64,000 nt of DNA from Hyaloraphidium curvatum SAG 235-1 (Eukaryota; Fungi; Monoblepharomycota): assembly GCA_025558095.1 (NCBI GenBank), contig JAIVFI010000011.1:1-64000 (forward strand). The letters run 5' to 3'. Position numbers and translations under genes: made by a program. This document shows positions 33,974 to 45,672 of the stretch, piece after piece. The notes beneath the pieces were generated by a model, which worked only from the letters and a program-made list of their open reading frames with translations, was not told the DNA's origin and did not search any database. How positions within the stretch are numbered: the stretch's first letter is position 1; every line of letters starts with the position of its first letter.

Positions 33974-36164
33974 ATGGCGACGCCGCGGTATTTCCAGCCG
34001 CTGTCGCCGGTGCCGCCGACGCCGACGGACGTGTCGCCGGGGCCGCCGGGGCCGCCGGGCCACGCGCCGGCCATCTCCGGCGGGTCCGCCGCCGGCTGGG
34101 GCTACGCGCCGTACGTGCTGCACACGCCGCCGTCGGCGATGGACGAGGCGTCGGTGCTCGGCTCGCTGCACCTGCCGTCGCCGGTGCTGCGCGTGATGTC
34201 GCCGCAGGCGTCGGCAAACGGCTCGGGCATGTCGGGCGCCGGTTTCGCCTCGGTGTCGTCGCTCGGCCCACTGGTGCCCGGGCTGCCGGTGATGGGGCTG
34301 CCCGCGATCCCGCCGCCCATGCCGCCGGCGGGCGGCCAGCTGCTGGCGCCGCCCGGCCAGGCGCCGCGGAACTACACGCCGTCCGCCTCGCCCGCCTCGC
34401 TGCCGCCGATCTCCCTCGCCGTGCCCTCCCTCCCGCCGCCCTCCTCGCTGCCGTCGACGCTGCCGCCCATCGTGCCGCCTGTCTTGCCGCCGCTACAGCC
34501 GGCGATCTCGGATCCGAGCCCGTCGACCGGTCAGAGCTCGGGCCAGAGTACCACGCCGGGCACAGGCGAGTACTCGGCCATTTCGCTGCCCTCTTCCACC
34601 CTTCCTTCCACGCTTTTGGCGAGCATGGCGTCGTCGGCACCGCCAGTGACGATGCCCTGGCCGTCAGAGGCCCAGCTGGCGGCCGACCCAGGCTCGTTCG
34701 CGCTCCCGGCCGCCCCGCCCGCCTTCCTTTCCGGCACCCCGCTGCCGCCCTTCCTCCCCGGAATGGACCCGTACGGTGGCTCCCCGATGGACGACTACGC
34801 CTTGCAGATGGCCGCTATGGACCCCATGGGCGGCATGGCCGGCATCCCCGGCGCGCACTTTGCCCAGATGCAGCCCGAGGTGCCCGTGCAGCTCTTTTCC
34901 CCCGACTACGTTCTCGTTAACGGCATCCCAATGGCCCGCGACGGCACGTACGTCACCGAGCAGTTTGGCGGCCCCGGTCTGCCTTTCGGCACCCTCGCCC
35001 CCTCCCTCTACGGCGACGCCGGCGAGGGCGCCTACGTCGAACCTGCGCCCTCCATCCTCCCCACCCGCATCTTCGCCGGCTCCAAGCGCTGGATCCGGAC
35101 CATCGCCGTCGACGCCGCCTGCACCGGGCTGGTGGCCGCGGGCGACGACGCCCGCATCCGCATCTGGGACCTCGTCACGGGCCAGCTCGCCACCACCCTG
35201 CGCGGGCACCGGCAACCCGTGTACTCACTGGCCATTGAGCCGGCGACGGGGACCATCTTCTCGGGGGCGCTGGACGGCGCGCTGCTGGCGCACGACCCTC
35301 GGATGAGGAGACCGGTGGCCGAGTACCACGTCCACACAGACGCGCTCAAGTCGCTGGCGACCAAGCACGACGGGACCAAGCTGTACTCGGCGGGGTACGA
35401 CGGGCGGCTCGCGGAATGGTGGGTTTGCGTTGGTAGGCCGAACCGGAGGCATCGTTGACCTTGCCGCCCGTCGCGACAGGGACCCGCGGTTCCCCGAACC
35501 CCGCCTCCTCCTCAAATCCTCCTCCGAATGGCTCCGCGGTCTCACCCTCGACCACTCGGAGATGTTCGCCTACGTCGTCGATTCGGGCCGCGCCCTGCGC
35601 TGCATCCACATTCCCTCCGGCCGCCTCAAGTGGCTGCAGCGCTCCGACACGGAGCCCATCCGCTCCGTCCACCTCGACTCGACCGCACGGTTCCTGTACA
35701 CGGGCGGGCAGGACGCCTCGATCATCCAGTGGGACGCCGTCACGGGCGAGCCGCAGGGTTCCCTCGAGTCGCACCGCGGTTGGATCACGGGCCTGGCGAC
35801 GCACCCGGCCTCGGCGCGCCGGCTGTTCTCCGTGAGCCTGGACACGACCATCAAGGAGTGGGATCTCGGCAGGGGTACCCTGACCACGACCTGGGAACCC
35901 AAGTGCGGGCCCGTGGAGCAGGTGGTCATGGACCCCACGGGCAAGGGGCGGATGTGGACCGTGGGGCAGGACGGCGGGGTGCGCGAGTGGAGGGTGCCCG
36001 AGGCGTGGTGGCTGATGGACGGGGAGGAGGGGATGAGCGAGGACGGGAGCAGCGCGGGGGACGGGTTCGAGCAGAGCGGGGAACCCGGAAGGAGCCTTGC
36101 CGGGTGGGAGGGGGCGCCGGGGATGTCGGGGCCGCAGGGGGGTGACAGCGGGATGGGGCGGTGA
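33974..36164 (+). CDS. WD40-repeat protein with long Pro-rich N-terminus (2 exons)
   Basis: GDDARIRIWD, LRGHRQPVYSL, SAGYDG, GGQDASIIQWD, SLDTTIKEWD. Confidence 0.88.
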
Positions 36165-37134
36165 TGAGCGGTCTGGGGTCGTTCGTGTCTATTTTGGTTC
36201 CTTATTTTGGCTGGATAGAACTCTGTCGTCTGAAGCGGCGGCCGCAAGGCCGTTCATGATGAAGGAGTTTGTCTGTCACGAACCCGGTGCTGTCCCCCGT
36301 CAACATCCACGAAGGGCGAAGTTCGACGGACGTGAATAAACTGAGAACTGACGGAACCTTCTCTTACGCTGAAGGGCACTCCCCCTCCGGTCGGAAAACG
36401 CGGCAGAGGTCCAAAAGGGGACAGCGGCCGAGTCCACAGCGACGCCTGTGGGCCACGTCGCGCCCGCCAATTGTCCCGCCTACCTCACGGACCTTCCCGA
36501 GGCCTTTATCGTGCAGATCGCGGCCGCGCGGTGGAGGAGCTGTTTGGTGCCGGTTCGCAGGTGCACGAAGGGCCGTAGTTCGGTGCCTTGCTTCGGCCCC
36601 CGGAATAACCGCGGCGCCGCTCTCGCGACGTTCGCGATGCTGCTTGATCGCGCGCCGGCGCAGGAGGATGGTGGGCTCCTGCGGATCTCGTTCGTGGGGG
36701 GCAGGCCCAAAAGGGCAGGCGGTCATCAGCCAATCGGCCATCAGCAGTCACCTTGTTTCGTCGGCCCGACACCGTGGCAGGACCTAACCGCAGGGAGCTC
36801 TGCTCCATGCAAGTTGGTGAGGCTGACCGAGCAAATGCCTTTTGGGGCGGGTTCCTTGTGCCGGATCCGTAATGCAGGACCTTGCGAGCGGGTGGGCGGA
36901 GATGCGCCAGGCTGCTGGCTGTGCTGTGTGTCCTTTCGACGTGGTGTCCACTACAGCCGTCAAGGCGTCCGATTGAACCCGGCTTTGTGAGGCGGGCGAC
37001 CCTCCGAGCGCGAGCAAAGTTTCCTGGCTCCATTTGGTGAAATCGTCTGTGGTTGAAGATCGGGGCGTGCGGTCGGAGGTCCAGCCTTCGGGCCGCGCAC
37101 CCCTGGCTGGAATCGACGGGCCGACGGGCGCACA

Positions 37135-37489
37135 GCGTTCGTGACGACGACCCAGGTGCAGCTCTTGACGGCAGCTCTTGACGACCACGCTGGTGCAGCT
37201 CTCGACGACCACCGTCTCCCTCGCCGCCGTCACGATCTTCAGCACAAGCACGGTGTCGGTGCCGACCACGGTGCTGCAGATGTTCGCCTACGTCCCGCAG
37301 ACCAGCGTCGTCACGAGCGTCTCGGTGTCCCCGCTCCAGGTGCCGGTCGCGACGACCAGGAGCTTCACCAAGACGGTCGGCAAGGTCACGACGACGCCCG
37401 TGCGCACGACGAAGATCACGATCAAGTCGACCAAGACCGTCAAAGTGACGGCGACCAAGACCGTGACGGTCAAGGCCAAGAGGCGATAG
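37135..37489 (+). pseudogene. Orphan Thr/Val-rich C-terminal fragment ending TKTVTVKAKRR*
   Basis: Strong coding-like codon bias, no ATG; 13-bp tandem duplication GCAGCTCTTGACG (37158-37183) shifts the frame. Confidence 0.5.
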
Positions 37490-37706
37490 GCGAGGGGAGG
37501 GAATCGACGGGCGAGATTGCGATCGGGGCGAAAATGGGCACGCAACTACGTATCATAGCACTAGATCATGTCGGATGGAGGATGAGGAAGGGCGGAAAGG
37601 TTCGTCGTGTTTTGGAATGCCGTCAAGTGGCAGTAGACCGGCAACGCCTTTGGAACATCCGGCCTCGACCATCCAAACCGGCCACCGAAGCGCGCTGCAC
37701 CGCCGA

Positions 37707-38935
37707 TCAGGCATACACGACCGCGTTCCTGACAGACCGCCAGAACCGCACGTCGTGCCTGCACCACCTCACCTTGATTCTCGTCCCACGCCTGGCCTCC
37801 AGCGCCTCCTTCACCCTCTCCCCAAGCCCCCGCACGATCCTCCTCGGCTCAACCAGCCTCAGCACCCTCAGCGTGGCCGGCAGCGGACCCAGCAGCTGCT
37901 CCGGATCCGCCCGCCCGAGCTCGAGCAATTCGATCGGCTTCGAGGCGCACGCGGGGAGCCAGTGCCGCGCTGTGGCGAGGCGCACCTCGCGCGGAAGGAA
38001 GTTTTCGTGGGCAAAAAAGGCGTCCGGGGATCGGTACAGGTCCGTCGCACGCCAGTCGAGCACCTTGAGGAGGGCGACGGCGCGGGGGAACGGCGCGAGT
38101 TCCGTGCGCAGCGGGGGGCGGCGGGCGACCAAGGTCCATTGCTCGAGGTTGGGGCAGGCATCGACCGAATCCGGCAGCGCAAGTGGGGGCATCCCGTCCT
38201 CGGGGACCAGTGCCGCGGGCCTCCATTTCTGGAGGTGGCGGAGCTCCAGGTTCCTCACGGTCGGAAGGTGCGCGTCGTGGACTACGGCAGGTCCGTACCC
38301 CTTGGTGTTTTCGGCGAGGTACTCCTCCGCCTTCAGTTGGTACGACACGGAGAGGATGGTGAGCTGCAGGTCGGACAGCGAGCCCAGCTCCTGCAGTGTG
38401 GAATAGCAGAAGCGCTCCGAGTGCGCGCGGGCATAGACCGCGACCAGCACCTCCCGCACGTTCCTGCACGCCCTGAGCAGCGGCAGCCAAAGCAGCCGCA
38501 CGTCCGAGTACAGCGCGTGGCACGGCCGCGCGCCGTCGCTCTGGTCCTGCGGCCACAGCTCCAGCCGGCGCGTGTGGAGGAACCGCGCCTGGTCGCAGCG
38601 GAGCAACGTGGGGCAGCAATCGAAGGCGACGCGCACGCCTGAGCACCGGCCGTATTCGGAGAGGGCGATGTCGCGGTACAGCGCCGTGATGGCCGCGTCG
38701 CGCATCCGCCGACACGTCCTCGCGAGCTCCGCCAGCGTCCCCGGGCAAATGCGCGCCATCGCGGCCGCAACTTTCTCCCACAGCTCCGTCGGCAATCGAA
38801 CGGTGTCCGAGGAATCGGCGCGGGCGACCAGCGCCGCCGCGTCGCGTCGGAGGGCGGCGGCGGCCGCTTCGTGTTCCGCCGCCCGGGCGAGGAGCTCCGC
38901 CGCCCGGGCCCGCAGGTGTCGCCAGAATTGGCCAT
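37707..38935 (-). CDS. F-box/LRR-like protein; 1-nt frame break near the 5' end
   Basis: LPTELWEKV...LAELARTCRRMRDAAITALYRDI; ATG at 38935 joins the main frame only if one C is added at ~38918. Confidence 0.65.
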
Positions 38936-39267
38936 TTAAATGGGAGGAGGGGTCGAGTGACTCCGAAAATCGCTATTCCCGGGCGAGACGCTCGGGAAGA
39001 GGGGCCAAGGGCGAAGGGATTCCAGTCCCCGCCACTCCGTTCCTCCGGGGGCAGTTTCAGCTAGCGGTTCCGTGGATGCCGGTCAGGAGCGGGAACCTGT
39101 CGCCGACTCCCATCGGATTCGGGTTCCGCTCCGTCCAGCAAGCTCCGTCTCGGACTCCCAGGCGGACCACGCTGACACCGACTCGACAACCGGAAAAGCG
39201 ACAGAAGTTCAGAAGCCCCTGACATGCAAACAGCAACCCAGCGCATCCCCGCAACCGCAGCAGGCCC

Positions 39268-41900
39268 TCACCGCCCGCTCGCCAGCCCCGCCAGCGCCAT
39301 CGCCGCCCCTTCCTCCCTCCCCTCGCCTTCGCGGTTCGGCACCGTGGACTTCCAATCCTCCAGCGCCGCGTCCACGTCGCCGCTGCCCCTCCTCCCGTCC
39401 CCTTGTGCAGGCGCCGGGTCCGCAAAGGCGGGCGCGATGCGGGGGTGCGCGCCAAAGAGGGAGACGCCGGCCGCCTGCATCGCGCGGCGGAAGTCGCGCG
39501 CGATCTTGTCCCCTGCGCCGGATGCGGCGGGTCAGCTTCCCACCCGGACGTGCGGCGACGGCAAGTGGGGACCCACCCAGCGGCGCGAACGTGTGCCCCA
39601 GCCTGTCCAGCACCCTCGACACGGCCCTCACCTCGGCCTCGAACCCGCCCTCGGGATCTAGCGCCCTCGCCGCCAGCAGCAGATGCCCGCACCGCAGCGC
39701 GGCCGGGTAGACGGTGTAGTGCAGGTAGTCCAGCAGCGGGTCCTCGGCCAGCATCGTCGCCAGCAAGCCCGTGGCTGCGCGCGCGGCGTGCACGGCGCGG
39801 AGCACGGGCGGGGAGCGGAGCACCGAGGGGCCGGCGGAGGGGAGGGGGCCCTGCACGTAGGATTCGACGGCGAAGGACTGGAGGTTGACGAGGAAGGCGG
39901 CGGCCTGGAAGGCGTACGAGCGGTCGTAGTGGCACTGCGCGGGCCAGTCCCGGAACAGGGCGGCGGGCCGGCCGGCGGCGAGCTCGGCGGCCAGGGGCGG
40001 GGGCAGCGCGGCGTACACGTCCGCGACGAGCGCCTCGACGTGGTCGCAGTACACGCGGTACGTCCGCTCGGCGGGGGTGTCGAACGCCGGGTCCTGCGCG
40101 GCGAGGGCGAGCGGGGCGACGCCGTGCGCGAGGGCGTGCGAGCGCGCGCGGATGCGGAGGGTGCGGAGGAAGCAGTTGACCAGGAAGAGCGCGCCGTAGG
40201 TCAGCCTGCCGCTGAAGCACGGGCCGACGACCTCGCGCACGGTGGCGCGCCGCCGGTCGGGGGGGAGCGACGGGTCCGCGAGGGCGGAAAAGTCAAACAC
40301 CACGGGGGGCGCGCGGTCCGGCCCGGTGTGCAGCGCGGCAAACGCCTGCTCGGGCTGGTCCATGTCGAAGAAGCGCTCGTGCGCGGGGAGCACCAGCCTG
40401 CGGGAAAAGTAGCCGTGCAGCGGCTCGCGCCCCGCGTGGAAGGCGTAGGCCACGTCGCGGATGCACACCGTGGTCCACGCGCGGGCCCGCATCTCGTGCT
40501 CGGCCCACTCGACCGCATCCCGCGGCGGGCGCGACGAGGGCACGACGTTGGCGCCGGTCGGGTCCGGGCACACGGCCAGGGCCAGCTCGACGGTGCGCTC
40601 CATCAGCGGGTACATGTGCGTGGCCAGCCCCGAGGGGACAAAAAACTCGAAGAGCAGGCCGAGGACCTGCAGCGCCTCGAGGGCCGTGACGGCGCGCGCG
40701 GCCTCGGGCCGGGAAAAGAAGCCTGCGAGGACGAGGTCCTTTGCCTTGTCGGAGAAGTGGCGGCCGCACCGCGCGCGGTCCGAGTCGGAGAGGTGCGGCG
40801 CCGAGATGTGCCGCGAGCCGTTGGCGGCCAGCGCGTAGAGCAGCGAGACGGGGGGGTTGGGCCCGTAGGTGCGCGTGCGGGTTGGGAGGAAGGCGCGCTC
40901 AAAGGTCGGGCGGTGGATGGCGCTGTGGAAGCGGTTGTAGTGCGACCAGTAGGCCGCGACCGCGGGCAGCAGCAGGTCCTGGAAGGCGTCCTCCGTGGGG
41001 AGCCGGGGGATCGAGAGCGCGGCGGGGAGGGAGCCGTGCGCGGGCAGGCCGGGCAGGGTGCCGCCGAGGCCCGAGCCGTCAAAGAGGATGTTGGCCATCA
41101 GCGACTTGCGCGGCGCCATGTCGAGCGACCACGGCTCCTCCCACGCCGCGGACGCCGCGACGACGGCCAGCGCGGGGTGGCCCCCCGAAAACGGGCCGAG
41201 CTCCACCAGCGAGGTGTCGCTGCCGACCGACAGGTTGCTCGCCGGCCGCATGTCCAGCTTGACCTCGGAGGGGAAGGCCGGCGCATCGGCGGACCACCGG
41301 CGGACGGGCGCCCGCGGTGCGGTCTGCGGCGCCGGCTGCGGGCTGGCGGCCAGCAGGTCTCCCGAGCCCTCCGAGTGCTCCGAGACGCGGCGCACGGCGG
41401 CGGCGCCCGTTGCGGCCTGCCCGGCGGCGCGGGCCAGCCGCTGCAGCTTCTCGCGCTTGCGGCGCGACAGCAGGCCCGTCTGCGGCACGCACACGCGGCC
41501 CAGGCGCACGCAGCGGGCGCACGCGCCGGCGACCTCGAGGAACTCGCAGCGCTCTGGCGGGGACGGCGTCAGCGGGCGCATCGGCGGCACATCGACGCCC
41601 AGTCACTTTTGAGCGAGAAGCACGGCTCGCTGCGTGCCGGTGGAGGGGAGGGCGTGCGGTGGCAGGCAGCCAGGGCGCGGTCCCCGGTCGCAGGGCACGG
41701 CGAATCCGGCAGCACCGCGGGCAATTCGCATTAGGACGGGGTTAAAGTGTTAGGAGGAGGGGATTCGGAGTGGTTAGGAGGGGTTAGGAGGCGGTTAGAG
41801 GCTGCGGAGGGGCGAGCGCGGGGCGGCCAGGGACCCACCACGACGCGCGCGGGGCAGCGGTCAGGGCGTGCGCCGGCTGCGGCTGCGGCGCCGCCGCCAT
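39268..41900 (-). CDS. Zn(II)2Cys6 transcription factor with Fungal_trans domain (4 exons)
   Basis: Spliced PRASC|EPCFSLK|KRCEFLEVAGACARCVRLGRVC; HSAIHRPTFE, LEALQVL, EHEMRARAW; last exon ends LASGR*. Confidence 0.88.
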
Positions 41901-42949
41901 CTCCGTGCCGCGCGCCACCTCGGCGGGCTCTGCGCGGGGGCGCGGCGCGGGCGTGCGGATGATGGGAGGCCGAGGCACCGGGCGGCCGGCGCGGTCGGCC
42001 GCAGCTCCCAGTGCCCCCGGCCTTCTCGGCCACCGATCGCGCGGCGCCGGACCGCCCGGGGCGCCCGCAACCCGCGATCGGCAAGCACCGAGCCGGATGC
42101 CGCGGCTGCGGGCCGGGGCGTGCGCCGATCGCGCCGTCACGCCATCCTGGCGCGGGCGGGTTTGGGCCGGGACTCGGGCCCGGGTCGGCCATCGGCCCGG
42201 GGGTCGGGGGTGCTTTCCGGCGCGCCGGGGACGTGCGCATTCCCGGCAGGCATCCGGACGCTACTCTGGACGCACGCCCCCCGTGCATCGGAGCGCGGAT
42301 GGCCCCGCGGACCTCATCCGTCCTTCCGTCGGCGGATAGGCGATGGGGATCAATCGGCCACGGCGGGAGCATCCCTCCCCGCCGGCGCGCAACGGGAGCA
42401 CGGCGACCGCCCGCCCGCCTCGAAATCGGGATGGGCTTTTTCGCCCCAGACTGCTCCGGACCCGGCAGCCCCGGGCGCAGCCGCGGGAACGCGCAGGGGC
42501 GGCTCCGAAGACCCGGCGCCGATTTTCCGGGCGGCTGGCGGCTCGGACCGACGCCCCAGCCCGCCCGCGTCCTTCTTCGGTCGGCCGGATGGAGGTGCGA
42601 GATTCGCTTGGGGCATGCACGCACCGCGCTGTGGCGTCCGTTTCGGGACGCCGCGGGGGGGGAAGCCGTCCCCTGGCGCATTAGTCACTCGCCGCCAACA
42701 ACGAATCTTCGCCACCGCCTGCGCGGCACCGGACGCCGCGGCGGCCAAAGCTCCAAAAGATTGCCCGCGGCGCAGGTACGTGTGATGCTTTGCAGCCCCC
42801 GATCCAAGGTTTCAGCAATGGGATGACGCCCTGCGCGGGATCGTCGCGGCACGGCATCCATTCTGCCTCCCCCACAACCCGCTTCGCCACACGACGCGAC
42901 TCGCCCAAACAATCTCCGCGCTCCCAACATCGACGCCTCTCCCACCCGC

Positions 42950-43834
42950 ATGCCCCCGGCCGACCTGCCCGCCCTCCTCCCCGCCCTCTTCCCCACCGCC
43001 GTCGTCCACCCCTCCCTCGTCGTCGCCCCCGACGCGCACGGCGGCCGCGGGCTGTTCCTCTCCGGCCCCGCGTACGCCGACGCGATGCTGCTCGCCGTGC
43101 CGCGGGCCGCGATGCTCGAAGCAGCGACGCGGGAGGAGCTGGCCGCCAAACTGCTGCGGGGCTGGCGGTTCGACGCGTATCTGCCGGGGTGGGGGGAGAT
43201 GGGCTTCCACCCGCAGGCGTGGGATCCGGAGCTCCCGGAGACGGCGGCGAAATCGGACGCGTTGATCGAAGGCATCGGCGTCCCCGACGCGGAAAGGCAC
43301 GCGTTCCGCGCCGCCCTCCTCTCCCGCCTCGCCCTCCTCCGCGCCTCCGCCGTGCGGGAGCACGCCGCCCTCGCCTCCCCCTGGGACCCCGCAACCCCCC
43401 CGCCGGACCTGCTGCGGTTCCTGTGGGCCAAGCTCATGGTCTCCACCCGCGCGCTGCACCTCTGGGCCGGGCCGGCGCTGGTGCCCCTCGCGGACTACAT
43501 GAACTGGGCGCCGCGCGCCTCCGTGGCGGTGGGGTGCGAGGAACTCCCGCCCCCGGGGACTGATTCGGAATCAGAGGGGGATTCCGAAGACTCGGAAGGG
43601 GCGTACTTCCGCCGCTTCGCCCCGCGGAAACCCGACCCCTCCCGGCAGCACCTGACCGTCCGCGCGGCGCGGGACATGGAGGCCGGGGAGGAGCTCGTGT
43701 TCCAGTACCTGTCGTTTCCCGTGCCCCGGGGGACCTGGGAGGAGCGGAGGGAGGGGACGGCGGATTGGGCGGTCGGGTACGGGTTCGTCCCGCGCGGGGC
43801 GGGGGAGGGGGAGGGGGGGGAGGAAGGGGGATGA
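42950..43834 (+). CDS. SET-domain lysine methyltransferase (LSMT/Rkm-like), intronless
   Basis: GRGLF, FLWAKLMVSTRA, LVPLADYMN, RAARDMEAGEELVFQY, YGFV. Confidence 0.82.
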   Translation: MPPADLPALLPALFPTAVVHPSLVVAPDAHGGRGLFLSGPAYADAMLLAVPRAAMLEAATREELAAKLLRGWRFDAYLPGWGEMGFHPQAWDPELPETAAKSDALIEGIGVPDAERHAFRAALLSRLALLRASAVREHAALASPWDPATPPPDLLRFLWAKLMVSTRALHLWAGPALVPLADYMNWAPRASVAVGCEELPPPGTDSESEGDSEDSEGAYFRRFAPRKPDPSRQHLTVRAARDMEAGEELVFQYLSFPVPRGTWEERREGTADWAVGYGFVPRGAGEGEGGEEGG

Positions 43835-44096
43835 TGCGCGCGCCGGGATCGTACGGCTCGCTGGCTCTTGCCGGGGGGGATCCGTGCGGCTTGCCGCGGC
43901 GGTGGTGCCCGCGGAGGTGCAGGTGCGACGTGAGGTGCCGGAAGTCGGTCGAGAGCGCGCCGGTGTATCCTTGATGGACGCAAGGCACCCCTTCGCGCTG
44001 CGTGCAAGCCATCGGGGTTGATTGGAGGCACCGGGGTGGCGCGCATCTCCGCAGTCACTTGCCACCCGCGCCTCCGCCGTCGCCGCCCTCGGAGTC

Positions 44097-45325
44097 ATGG
44101 GCGCGGCTACCGGCGCGGCCTTGTCTCCGTTCCTGGCGGTTGCCGCCGCCGCCGTCGCCGCCGCGGCGGTGTTCGCCCTGCGCCGCCGGGCGGTTGCCGC
44201 GCCGCCGCCCGCGCCGTTCGACCTCGCGCGCGTGGCGCCGCACCCGGCGCACCCCGCCGACGAGAACGAGCGGACGATCGTGGCGATGCTCACCGGCGCG
44301 CCGTACCGCGCCGCGATGGGGCTCGCCCCGCTCGACCCCGCCGAGCTGCTGCTGCTCGACTGCACGTACTGGCAGCGTATGGCAGACAGGCTCGCCCACG
44401 TGCGGGACACGCCGGCGGACGTGATGGCCCTGCTGCCCGGCGGCGAGGGCCCGGCGAGGGAATACCTGGATTTTATTGCCGCGTTCCTGTGCACGCGGTA
44501 CCCCGCCTGCTTCGCCCGGGACGGCCGCACCGTACGCAACGCCCTGCTGGGCGTCGACGCGGACCTCGACGCCCCCGACCCGCTGCCCGAGATCGCCAAG
44601 CTGGTCCCGGACGACGTCATGTTCCTCTCCCCCGCGGCCACCCCGCGGTGCCCCGAGGACGACGCGGACGGGCTGTACCGCTACCAGGGCGGGCTCAACG
44701 TGTACGCCTTCCCGGGGGAGATGATGAGGGACAAGCTGGGGCTGCCGATGGGGGCCATCCATCAGCCGGTGCCGGGGTTCAACGGGAGGATCCTGCGGCC
44801 CGTGGACGGCTTCTTCAAGCGCGTGACCAAGCCCATGGTGGTGGGTCGGCCGGCGCCGGCCCCTCCCTCCGCTGCTGAAGCCCCGCCTCCCGGCAGCGCC
44901 AATCCTACTGGCAGCTCCAGGATTTTCCCGAGCACCTCCGCCCCACCTTCTCCCTCCTCCCCGACACGGGCGCCGACCCCGATTTCGACGCCCTGCACTT
45001 CCGCATGGAGCGCCAGACCTTCCTCCGCCTGCCGCGCTCGGGCGCCCTGGCGTTCGGCGTGCGCACGTACGTGTACCACCTCCGCACCCTCGTCGAACGG
45101 CTGGAGCGCGAGGAGCTCTCGGCTGGGCAAGGCGGGGTGCCGTTCGCGCACAGGCTGTACGCCGCGGTGCGGAGCATGGAGCGTCCGATGGAGGGGTACA
45201 AGAGCCACCAGGGGGCACACAGGGCCGTGAGGAGGTGGTTGGAGGCCGAGAGGGGGCTGGGGGACGTGGACTACGAGCGGGTGCTGGAGGGCGCGATGGG
45301 GGGGTTGGCGGGACACGATCTTTGA
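44097..45325 (+). CDS. DUF3445 / heme-dependent oxidative N-demethylase alpha-subunit-like protein with N-terminal TM (2 exons)
   Basis: MGLAPLDP..LLLD..Y, KLGLPMGAIHQPVPG, RMERQTFLRLPRSGALAFGVRTY. Confidence 0.88.
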
Positions 45326-45475
45326 CGGAGGGGGGGAGAGGCATGGTGGTCGCGCCCGCGACCTGTTGGACCCGGTCTTCCTGAGGCGTCGCCAATGTGC
45401 ATTCTGCGAAAGACTTTCCAATACAAGACGCCCAGTTCCGCCCTTCTTGAAATGCCTGCACCGTTCTGCATCCCG

Positions 45476-45590
45476 CTACGCCGCGTCGCCGCTCCTCCCG
45501 CCGATCCAAAGCGTCCTCGCGGCATCCAGTCGCGCCTCTTGTTCGTCGCTGTGCATGACAACCACCCTCGTCGTGATCTCCTTTAGCGAG
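45476..45590 (-). pseudogene. 3' relic of a second copy of the ABC ATPase at 52747-53388
   Basis: SLKEITTRVVVMHSDEQEARLDAARTLWIGGRSGDAA* versus SLKGRTMVLITHSDEQEARLDAAERVWIGGRGADAA*. Confidence 0.85.
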
Positions 45591-45672
45591 TGAGTCATCT
45601 CGCCTTCGGCCCGAACGACAGTTCTGAGAAGTTCGCGGCGCAGCGCATCTTGAGGGCCCACGGCCCGGCGGC

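Noticed and set aside
41731-41803. TTAGG-like repeats as interstitial telomere
   Set aside because: Irregular, no tandem TTAGGG, and inside an intron; better read as CTAAC motifs on the sense strand
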